Source of the DNA: Verrucomicrobiota bacterium
Lineage (GTDB): Bacteria > Verrucomicrobiota > Kiritimatiellia > CAIQIC01
Direction of reading: 5' to 3'
Length of the DNA stretch: 64,000 nucleotides
NCBI GenBank assembly: GCA_004321905.1
Contig: SCQF01000046.1
Coordinates: 25,614-89,613 of the forward strand
Notes under the pieces: model-generated
The model's input: only the letters and a program-made list of their open reading frames with translations
Told to the model about the DNA's origin: nothing
Databases searched by the model: none
Made by a program: the position numbers and the translations under genes
Part shown: positions 19,301 to 26,158 of the stretch, in pieces
Numbering within the stretch: position 1 is the stretch's first letter
Layout of the letters: every line of letters begins with the position of its first letter

Positions 19301-19912
19301 CCGCCGTTGCGCCGCTATCCCGCACTACTGGAATTCGCCTTCGGTTCCGGCCAAGGTTGCGAGAAGTCCGCCGTGACGTTCGTCCATCCCGATGATCCCG
19401 TCAGCCGCTTGCGCGTCCACGGCAAGTTGGATCGCGTGGACTTGCTGGCCGATGACGACGGCGTCATCCGCGCGATGACGGTTGTGGACTACAAGGGCGT
19501 GAGCAAGAGCGGACTCCAAGCGGAAGAGCTGGCCGCAGAAATCATCGCCGCCCGTAATTGCCAATTGCCGGTCTATGGCCTCGTTGCACAGGCGACCTTC
19601 GGCGATGACCTCCCGTTGCTCTTGCAATATCTGCCGTATCGCGGCGACTTCAGCGAAATCCTCAAGCAAACGCCAAAGCGCTGGATCGCGCTCACCGGCG
19701 AACCGGTGGACTCCACCACGCTCGCCGAATTGATCGGCACACCGCAAACGCCCCTGATGGCGGCTTTCGCGCGGCGTATTTTCCAATGCTTGGAAATTCT
19801 TGAGCACGGTGATTTCCGTGCCGCGCCGCAAGCATGCGAACACTGTGAATTCCGCGGCTGCTGCCGTTACACCGCACCGGCGCTGGAAGGCGAAACAGAA
19901 GAAGGAGCGTAG
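16322..19912 (+). CDS. addB: AddB-like helicase-nuclease subunit (inactive-helicase-like N-terminal region, C-terminal PD-(D/E)XK nuclease with Fe-S cysteines)
   Basis: 1196 aa upstream of a UvrD-type helicase-nuclease. Nuclease motifs: ATCPYKYYLQ, DYKGVSK, and the terminal Cys cluster CEHCEFRGCC (CxxCx4C). No Walker A found. Contains the in-frame heptamer array at 17461-17530. Confidence 0.72.
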   Translation: MTGRRSESVLVVHPTSLALRQLQRRTLTHVGFFDARGHITFAGLLNSCAEAARQAGLLAGRRSASDLDYEMLLLETAQQFRAKSAAQQGPLAALAQQALEDTLDQLIAFLAPLADRIADALAILARGTPKNRALATLYQEFQAAANAMDVSTEADENAAILRLLRGDCTAWPAVLHEATAVRFVAVRAITPMLESVSHALVGKPGGTQVQIEHILEEHEQEWWGEKFLAGSCRLLFGTESAAEDAACHAAQTWSVVTSLREAYAMRDPGLAAEARTNVGFSCSAGLYGEVEDLARRICWELEQPDAHLRPEEIALVVPNVGQYADAIADVFQRFQLPYHFRRGNAVLAAPVTQAILRLLEVRATRSRDAFCALLESPWLKWERIQETEYRSQKPEVTEQLSAIRYPPSALADSIRRAGIEPEMPEAAVLALRVRNFLLAKRPPATDAQAIGDFAAQVFRLLYDKNSERRPLTKLCNQLISELRQTFGVEGQVRQFLQNSFASDDLTRQAALFNSRALTAVIAQLETLGKHKAETTMTWAELLALLRRVLRNVTVAAGSADESGVWVLNPHDAAGLHFRVTLIAGLNAGRFPALPAPSPVFSDAELRQLREALTALPQTALAPSVARRSQDNLLFLTTLATASERLVFSYQSRDETGEELQPSICFATAWRLAGWPSWEKLPSQPPDPYDRWRLKVAPEIFREFWEAARNGKDLPIWQRKPFHGESFLATRPLALCRAADEARQQAARSLAECRSPAPAGRPADAVSELVARSLTMEAERTRIFTQQALQPNQPPEHGTRFVGSITAQTWQQVRPKPRTIPDFSATELETLATCPYKYYLQRVLHLEALKTNEQEATPLALGSLVHRVMHHALLLLRGDPPPPDAPAVLADIRHGFADLCRPAFAVQTTDHPWRIMVKGPGRPVVQFQPDKTEHYAEFMAAVANAELEAEEQALASMMLGAIEQRGVVRTNLIAGCNNLLRLSLQPAEFDKSMLPPLRRYPALLEFAFGSGQGCEKSAVTFVHPDDPVSRLRVHGKLDRVDLLADDDGVIRAMTVVDYKGVSKSGLQAEELAAEIIAARNCQLPVYGLVAQATFGDDLPLLLQYLPYRGDFSEILKQTPKRWIALTGEPVDSTTLAELIGTPQTPLMAAFARRIFQCLEILEHGDFRAAPQACEHCEFRGCCRYTAPALEGETEEGA
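17461..17530 (+). repeat. Heptamer tandem-repeat array ((NNNNCAG)x6 followed by (CTATCCG)x3), in-frame inside addB
   Basis: gaataCAGgagaCAGaataCAGaagtCAGaagcCAGaggtCAc...ctatccgctatccgctatccg; related to the arrays flanking the four-helix-bundle gene at 31243-31690. Confidence 0.8.
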
Positions 19913-19924
19913 GGGGAATGGTGC

Positions 19925-19995
19925 TGATCCCTAATAGATTTTTGGTAGGGCGCTCGCGCCGCGAGCGCCGCGGACGGCGCGGCGCGCCGTCCCTA
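19925..19995 (+). other. GC-rich multi-hairpin element in the addB-addA intergenic region
   Basis: ggtagggcgctcgcgccgcgagcgccgcggacggcgcggcgcgccgtccctacc: an outer GGTAGGG/CCCTACC stem enclosing two internal hairpins; no T-tract follows. Confidence 0.5.
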
Positions 19996-20017
19996 CCTAT
20001 GGCAAGAATGCTTTGAA

Positions 20018-23000
20018 ATGAGCGTAACCTTCAAAATCCAATTCAGCGCTTCCGCCGGCACGGGCAAGACCTATCAGGTGACGCAGCTCTATCTCGCCCT
20101 TGTGCTGGGCCACCCCTATCCCAAGGAAGCCGGCGAACTGATCGGAATCGCACCCGGCACGATTCATCCCGGCGGAGAACCGCTGCCATGCGAAAAGATT
20201 CTGATGCTGACCTTCTCGCGTAATGCCGCCGCCGAGTTACGGCAGCGCATCACCGCGGGCATCGAAGAGGCGCGCGCTGACGCGGAAGCCAAGCACAACG
20301 ATGAAATCGCTGCGCGCTGCTGGAATTTGCTGCATCGCCTGCCCGCCGCCGACATCTCCACCATCCACGCCTACGCGCAGCGCCTGGTGGAACAGCACGC
20401 CCTGCGGCTCGGCCTCTCGCCCGCCTTCAGCATCCTCGATGAGGACGCGGCCTCCGATTTACGTCAGGAAATTTTCGAGGCCGCATTGCACGACGCACTG
20501 GAAAACGGCAACGATGCCGACCACGCCACACGGGAGGCGCTCTGTGCCGGGCGCGGCGCAAGCGAAGTTCTCGGCGCGCTGCAAGCGTTACTGCAAAACA
20601 CACGCAGTCTTGGTCTGCGGCTGGAAAACATGGACCTTGCGGGACTGGTCGAGCAGCCCGCGCCGCCAACGCTCGAACGATTGCGCCAGTTACGGACGCA
20701 ACTCGCCACCGCCAACGGCCAGAACAAGCGCGGCAAAGCGCCACAAATTTTAGCTGACTTGGATGGCTTGCTTGCCACTGCGACCATGAATGCCGATATG
20801 GTTGCGCTAGCCGCCCATGTCGCGGAACTGGCCGAAGGACAATGGGGAAAAGATAATCCCGCGCTTTCCGCGACACGCGACGCGTTGCAGCACTTCGGGG
20901 CCTATGCCGAGCACCGCCGCGCCGCCGATGCGCTCCCGCCCTTGCTCCACCTCGTAAAAAGCGCGGCGCAGCGTTACGAAAACGCCAAGCGCGAACGCGC
21001 CGGGCTGGACTTCGACGATCTCCTGCTGCTCGCGCGCGACCTCGTGATGCACCACGCCGAGGCGCTGCCGCCCATCACCGCGATCATCGTGGACGAGGCG
21101 CAGGACAACTCGGCACTGCAAAACGAATTTATCCGCGGACTCCAAGCCGCACGCTCTGCCGCGCTCGCGCTCTGCGGCGATTGGAAGCAGACCATCTACG
21201 CTTGGCGTAACGCCGATCCCCAAGGTTTGGAACGACTCGCCAAGGAAACCAAATTACGCGGCGTACCATTGCGTCAGAGCTTCCGTAGTCAGCAGGGCGT
21301 GCTCGACTGGATCAACGACTTCTGTCGTGGCGTACTCTTTGACGAGGCCTACCGCGCTGACGACGAATTGCTGCCCTGTCCACGCGCACTGGCCACCGAA
21401 CCACCCAACATCGAGCTGCTCCTGCCGGAATGGGAACTGCAACCCGACCCGTTCGAGCCCGTTGGTAGAAAAATGCGGCTGGAACTCTCACCCACCGACT
21501 TGAAGCGGCTGGCCAAAGAAGAAAGTTTTCAAGGTTCGGAAAAACCAGCGAACGGAGTTTCCAAGAATTGGAAAACTGTGCTCGCACAGTCGGAACAAGC
21601 AATCGCGCTGGAAGCACGCGCCCTTGCCCGACGTATCGAACTTCTCACCGCTGGTCCGGCTTCCAGCGCGGCGGTTTCCAAGGTTTGGAAAAATGGTAGC
21701 TGGAGCCAACCGGAGTCGCCGCCGTACCGCCGCCGCGACATTCTGATTTTGCTCAAAGCCACCAGCCGGCAGGAAATTTATGAAGCCGCGCTACGCGAAC
21801 GCGGCATTCCGTACACGACCGACGGTAAAGGGCGCGGCTTCCTGACGCGGCAGGAAGTACAGGACATCGCCAGCCTGCTCTCATGGCTGGCGTTCCGAGA
21901 TGACCTCGTCGCGCTGCTCGCGGTCGCACGCTCGCCGTTCTGCGCGCTTTCCGATGAAGTGCTGGCCGTACTCGCGCAGGGCAGCAACGCCACAAACTTG
22001 GCCATCGCGCTGACCGGCGTGGATACCACCGCCGCGACGGCGCGACTCGCCGAATTGGGCTTGGCTGCGGAAGCGCCGACGTTTGCGCACGCGGTGGAAT
22101 TCTTCCGCCGGATGCGGCTGCTGGCCGGGCGACTCCCACCCGTGGAACTGGTGCGCGAAGCCATCCGGCTGACCGGCTTCGATGCCACACTCGCCGGCTC
22201 GTTCCACGGCGCGCAGCGGCTCGCCAACCTCAAAAAATTGCTCTCGTGGATTGAGACGCACGAACGCAGCGAAGGCCTCGACCTCGCGGGCGTCGCACGC
22301 TGGCTGACCACCGAAATTGAAAATGGCGAGGATCGGCCCGATGCGCCCGTACTCGATCCGCAGGACGACGCCGTACGCATCAACACCGTCCACGCCGCCA
22401 AGGGCCTGACCAGTCCGGTGGTTTGTTTGCCGGACCTGCGGCGTATCCCGGCCCCGGATCAGCAATGGCTTCTGCCCCACCCGACCGCCACGGGCTTGAC
22501 CATTGCGGCCAAGCTGAAAACACGCCAGCCGGACTTGCCCGACGCGCCGGAATGGAATACCAGCGATTTCGAGAATGCCAAGGACGCGGTCAAAACCTCG
22601 CGCACCGCCGAAGACCAGCGGCTCTTTTATGTGGCCGCGACGCGTCCGCGCGATCTGTTGGTATTCTCGGGCGAGAATGCGCATCGCACTGCGACGTGGC
22701 GCGGCGCGCTCAACCACTATCTGCTCGCCGACTCCGAACGCGCGCTGCGCCTGATGACATTGCGCGATTACCGCCAGTTGGAAGAGGAATGGCGCGCGGC
22801 GGGACTGGCCGCACCACGCACCGTACCTGCCGGCGAGATCAGCGCGACGCAACTGGCCGAGCAAACCGCCCTGCCCGAGCGCCCGCCACACCCGGAACTC
22901 TACCGCTATTCGGCCACGCTGCTTGCCAGCGTGCCGACGACCGATGACCCCGCCGCGCTACGGGAATTTATCGAGGAAGATTTGGCTGGGTTGCAAACGC

Positions 23001-23659
23001 CGCACTCCACGCGCCGCGCCGCCGCCACAGAGGATAGCCGCGCGGAGCGTATCACTACCGGCGTACGCGCCCATGCCGCGCTACGCGCCGCGCCGCTCCA
23101 AGACAGTCAACCCGCCACACCGAAGACGGCCACAGCCAGCGCCTTGGCGTGGCTGCGGAAAAACTGCGGCGACCTGCCGCCCGCTCACGTACTGCGCGAA
23201 CTGCCGTTCGTCGCCCGCTTTTCGCACGATGGCGCGGTGGCGCTGGTGGATGGCGCGGCGGATTTGGTTTTCTGGCGCAACGGCGCGTGGCACATCGTGG
23301 ACTATAAATTCACCGAGCAAACACCGGACGAATTGCGGCAGCGCTACGCCTTGCAACTGGCAATCTATGCCGCCGCGCTCTTCACGCCCGATGGGCTGCC
23401 GCGTTTTGCCCACACAACGAATAGCGGCGCCCTCGGAGAGGCCGCTCTACCGAAAAAAGGTAGGGTGCGTTCTCCGAACGCGCCGTCTTTGAAATTGAGC
23501 TTGCTGCGTTGCAGCCGCGATTTCCAATGTTTGGAAATTCCGTTTGCTGATTTTCCAAGCCTTGGGAAAACCGCCGCCGCCGTCATTGCCACCGCCCGCA
23601 TCCTGCGTAAGTTCCAACCAAGTGGAATCAGCACCGATTTTTCAGCCCGGCGGGATTAG
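20018..23659 (+). CDS. addA: AddA/RecB-type ATP-dependent helicase-nuclease (UvrD-like helicase plus C-terminal PD-(D/E)XK nuclease)
   Basis: Walker A (SASAGTGKTY), UvrD helicase motifs, C-terminal nuclease (IVDYKFTEQ...YALQLAIYAAAL). Palindromic-element units are inserted in-frame at 21527-21576 and 21674-21693 (SFQGSEKPANGVSKNWKT, AVSKVWKNG). The C-terminal tail is read through the element at 23521-23570. Confidence 0.85.
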   Translation: MSVTFKIQFSASAGTGKTYQVTQLYLALVLGHPYPKEAGELIGIAPGTIHPGGEPLPCEKILMLTFSRNAAAELRQRITAGIEEARADAEAKHNDEIAARCWNLLHRLPAADISTIHAYAQRLVEQHALRLGLSPAFSILDEDAASDLRQEIFEAALHDALENGNDADHATREALCAGRGASEVLGALQALLQNTRSLGLRLENMDLAGLVEQPAPPTLERLRQLRTQLATANGQNKRGKAPQILADLDGLLATATMNADMVALAAHVAELAEGQWGKDNPALSATRDALQHFGAYAEHRRAADALPPLLHLVKSAAQRYENAKRERAGLDFDDLLLLARDLVMHHAEALPPITAIIVDEAQDNSALQNEFIRGLQAARSAALALCGDWKQTIYAWRNADPQGLERLAKETKLRGVPLRQSFRSQQGVLDWINDFCRGVLFDEAYRADDELLPCPRALATEPPNIELLLPEWELQPDPFEPVGRKMRLELSPTDLKRLAKEESFQGSEKPANGVSKNWKTVLAQSEQAIALEARALARRIELLTAGPASSAAVSKVWKNGSWSQPESPPYRRRDILILLKATSRQEIYEAALRERGIPYTTDGKGRGFLTRQEVQDIASLLSWLAFRDDLVALLAVARSPFCALSDEVLAVLAQGSNATNLAIALTGVDTTAATARLAELGLAAEAPTFAHAVEFFRRMRLLAGRLPPVELVREAIRLTGFDATLAGSFHGAQRLANLKKLLSWIETHERSEGLDLAGVARWLTTEIENGEDRPDAPVLDPQDDAVRINTVHAAKGLTSPVVCLPDLRRIPAPDQQWLLPHPTATGLTIAAKLKTRQPDLPDAPEWNTSDFENAKDAVKTSRTAEDQRLFYVAATRPRDLLVFSGENAHRTATWRGALNHYLLADSERALRLMTLRDYRQLEEEWRAAGLAAPRTVPAGEISATQLAEQTALPERPPHPELYRYSATLLASVPTTDDPAALREFIEEDLAGLQTPHSTRRAAATEDSRAERITTGVRAHAALRAAPLQDSQPATPKTATASALAWLRKNCGDLPPAHVLRELPFVARFSHDGAVALVDGAADLVFWRNGAWHIVDYKFTEQTPDELRQRYALQLAIYAAALFTPDGLPRFAHTTNSGALGEAALPKKGRVRSPNAPSLKLSLLRCSRDFQCLEIPFADFPSLGKTAAAVIATARILRKFQPSGISTDFSARRD
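21527..21576. repeat. Paired palindromic dispersed element (degenerate), in-frame inside addA
   Basis: ttttcaaggttcggaaaaa-N11-gtttccaagaattggaaaac. Confidence 0.8.
21674..21693. repeat. Single palindromic unit, in-frame inside addA
   Basis: gtttccaaggtttggaaaaa. Confidence 0.8.
23521..23570. repeat. Paired palindromic dispersed element at the addA 3' end
   Basis: tttccaatgtttggaaa-N13-ttttccaagccttgggaaaa. Confidence 0.85.
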
Positions 23660-23830
23660 ACCATCCTTGATGGCTTTGGCGACAGCGCCACTCCGGCTAT
23701 GCACATGCCGTTTGGTATAGATGCGGCGCAGACAGGCATCCACGGTGTGGTAATTCAATTGCAAACGCGCAGCGATCTTTTTTGGGCAAGTACTTCCGCC
23801 GCGTGCTCATCGGTGCGCCGCCCTTCAACA
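23642..23830 (-). pseudogene. Remnant of a LuxR/FixJ-family regulator: C-terminal HTH only, frameshifted at an A6/T6 homopolymer
   Basis: One minus-strand frame reads ...CPKKIAARLQLNYHTVDACLRRIYTKRHVHSRSGAVAKAIKDGLI* (LuxR-type HTH signature). The upstream LTDEHAAEVLAQ segment is in a different frame, joined across the run at 23778-23783. No REC or other N-terminal domain remains; glgB ends at 23891. Confidence 0.45.
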
Positions 23831-23890
23831 CATCCCGGAGGCCAGCCGTGATCCACTCGACGGGTTGGCCCGGACAAACGCACCGCATTT

Positions 23891-26080
23891 TCAAGCGCCC
23901 ACGACCGGCTTCAAGATCAACGCACCGAGCGGCGGCAAGGTGAGCACCACCGAGCACGACTGCCCCTGCCAAGGCGTACGCTCCGGCTGGACGCGCAACA
24001 CCGGCGCGGTGCCGCTACCACCAAAATGCGCGTCATCGGTGTTCAGCATGCAAACCAATGGCGCAGCCCCAGGCACACCAACACGATAACCAGCACGCGA
24101 CATGGGCGTGGCGTTGAAGACACAAACGAGATCGTCGCCCGGCGTTCGCCCACGGCGGATAAAACTGACGACGCTTTGCTGCGAGTCGTGGAAATCAATC
24201 CACTGAAAACCTTCCCACGAGAAGTCAACCTGGTGCAACGCCGGTTGGGCGCGCAGCAGGCCGTTGAGTTCACGCAAAAGCGCCTGGAGTCCTTGATGCG
24301 GCGCGTACTGGCACAGGTGCCAGTCCAAACTGCGATGGTAATCCCATTCATTCCACTGGCCAAATTCCGAGCCCATGAACAGCAGCTTCTTGCCGGGATG
24401 CGCATACATCAGCGCGTAGAGCAGGCGCAGGTTGGCGAATTGTTGCCAATGGTCGCCGGGCATCTTGGCCAACATCGCGCCTTTGCCGTGCACCACTTCA
24501 TCGTGCGAGAAGGGCAGAATGAAATTTTCGGTGAAGGCATAGAGCAACGAGAAGGTGATGTGGTTGTGGTGGAACTTGCGGTAGATGGGGTCCTTGGTGA
24601 AGTATTCCAACGTGTCGTGCATCCAGCCCATGTTCCATTTGAAATCAAAGCCAAGGCCGCCGAGATAAGTCGGACGTGACACCATGGGCCACGCGGTGGA
24701 TTCTTCGGCGAACGTCAGAAAGCCGGGATACTCGGTGTGTACCACCTCGTTGAACTTTTTCAGGAAACTCACAGCCTCCAGATTTTCGCGTCCACCAAAT
24801 TCGTTGGGGATCCACTCCCCTGCTTTGCGCGAATAATCCAGATAAAGCATACTCGCCACCGCATCCACGCGCAGTCCATCAATGTGAAAGACGTCGGCCC
24901 AATAGAGCGCGTTGGAGAGCAGAAACGCGCGTACCTCATTGCGACCATAGTTGAAAATCAGCGTACCCCAATCTTTGTGCTCACCCTTGCGCGGATCAGC
25001 ATGTTCATAGAGATGCGTACCGTCGAAATAGGCCAAACCGTGCCCGTCGCGCGGAAAATGCGCCGGCACCCAATCCACGAGCACACCAAGGCCGGCCTGG
25101 TGGCAGCGATCCACAAACTCCGCGAAATCCTCCGGCGATCCGAAACGCGAAGTCGGCGCATAATAGCCGATCGTTTGATAGCCCCACGACCCATCGAGCG
25201 GATGCTCCGACACCGGCAACAGCTCAATATGCGTGAACCCAAGGTCTTTGACGTACGGGATGAGTTGATCGGCCAACTCACGATACGTCAGCCAGCGATT
25301 ACGCTGCTCCGGCACACGCCGCCAAGAACCCAAATGAACCTCATAAACACTGATCGGCTGCTCGTGCCAATTCGTCCGTTGCCGATGCTCCAGCCATGCG
25401 CTGTCCCGCCACGTATGTTGCCGGACATCACAAACACGTGAAGCCGACTTCGGGCGTAGCTCCGAGGAAAAAGCATAAGGATCGGCCTTCGTCATCAACG
25501 AACCTTCGCGGCTCTTGATCTCAAATTTGTAAAGGTCACCAACCTTCAGACCCGGAATAAACAACTCCCATAAACCGGAACTTCCGCGGCTTTGCATCGG
25601 ATGAGACCGTCCATCCCAGCGATTGAAATCCCCGACCACGCTCACCCGCGCCCCGTTCGGGGCCCAGACCGCAAAGTGCACGCCCGCTTCGCCGGCGATG
25701 GTCAGCGGATGCGCGCCCATTTTGTCATAGGTGCGGTAATGCGTACCTTCGCCGAAAAGATACTGATCGAAATCCGTGATTTGTAGCGGGCACGCATACG
25801 GATCGGCGACTTCCCAACCGGTGCCATCCGAACGCGTCATGCGCAAACGATAAGCGAACGGTTCGCGGCCCGGCAACGTGATCTCGAACAAACCATCTTT
25901 GTGAATACGTTCCATCGCCTGTGCCACACCGGTGGCGGCCTCGATCACCTCCGCTTTGGCGGCGTGCGGCTGCATCGTACGGATACAAAGCCCAGCCTCC
26001 GTGACGTGCGGGCCGAGCACCTCGAACGGCGCATAGTGTTGGGCTTTGACGACGGCACGAATGGCGTCCTTGTTTATCAT
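23891..26080 (-). CDS. glgB: 1,4-alpha-glucan branching enzyme
   Basis: 729 aa; GH13 branching-enzyme architecture (N-terminal CBM48-like, catalytic [19 protein letters not shown]... motifs). Confidence 0.9.
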   Translation of the reverse strand: MINKDAIRAVVKAQHYAPFEVLGPHVTEAGLCIRTMQPHAAKAEVIEAATGVAQAMERIHKDGLFEITLPGREPFAYRLRMTRSDGTGWEVADPYACPLQITDFDQYLFGEGTHYRTYDKMGAHPLTIAGEAGVHFAVWAPNGARVSVVGDFNRWDGRSHPMQSRGSSGLWELFIPGLKVGDLYKFEIKSREGSLMTKADPYAFSSELRPKSASRVCDVRQHTWRDSAWLEHRQRTNWHEQPISVYEVHLGSWRRVPEQRNRWLTYRELADQLIPYVKDLGFTHIELLPVSEHPLDGSWGYQTIGYYAPTSRFGSPEDFAEFVDRCHQAGLGVLVDWVPAHFPRDGHGLAYFDGTHLYEHADPRKGEHKDWGTLIFNYGRNEVRAFLLSNALYWADVFHIDGLRVDAVASMLYLDYSRKAGEWIPNEFGGRENLEAVSFLKKFNEVVHTEYPGFLTFAEESTAWPMVSRPTYLGGLGFDFKWNMGWMHDTLEYFTKDPIYRKFHHNHITFSLLYAFTENFILPFSHDEVVHGKGAMLAKMPGDHWQQFANLRLLYALMYAHPGKKLLFMGSEFGQWNEWDYHRSLDWHLCQYAPHQGLQALLRELNGLLRAQPALHQVDFSWEGFQWIDFHDSQQSVVSFIRRGRTPGDDLVCVFNATPMSRAGYRVGVPGAAPLVCMLNTDDAHFGGSGTAPVLRVQPERTPWQGQSCSVVLTLPPLGALILKPVVGA

Positions 26081-26107
26081 GCCGGAACAGTAACAGAGAA
26101 TTTCCGA

Positions 26108-26158
26108 CTTTCCAAGGTTTGGAAAATCTGCCGGTTACTTTTTCCAACCCTTGGAAAA
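26108..26158. repeat. Paired palindromic dispersed element
   Basis: ctttccaaggtttggaaaa-N12-tttttccaacccttggaaaa. Confidence 0.9.

Noticed and set aside
19925-19995. Intrinsic terminator between addB and addA
   Set aside because: A strong GC hairpin is present but no downstream U-tract. addA is likely co-transcribed with addB, so the hairpin is kept as a structured element of unknown role.
23697-23972. A 91-aa minus-strand ORF as an intact gene
   Set aside because: Its frame is only one piece of a frameshifted LuxR-type HTH remnant. It overlaps the glgB 3' end and has no start context. It is treated as part of a pseudogene.
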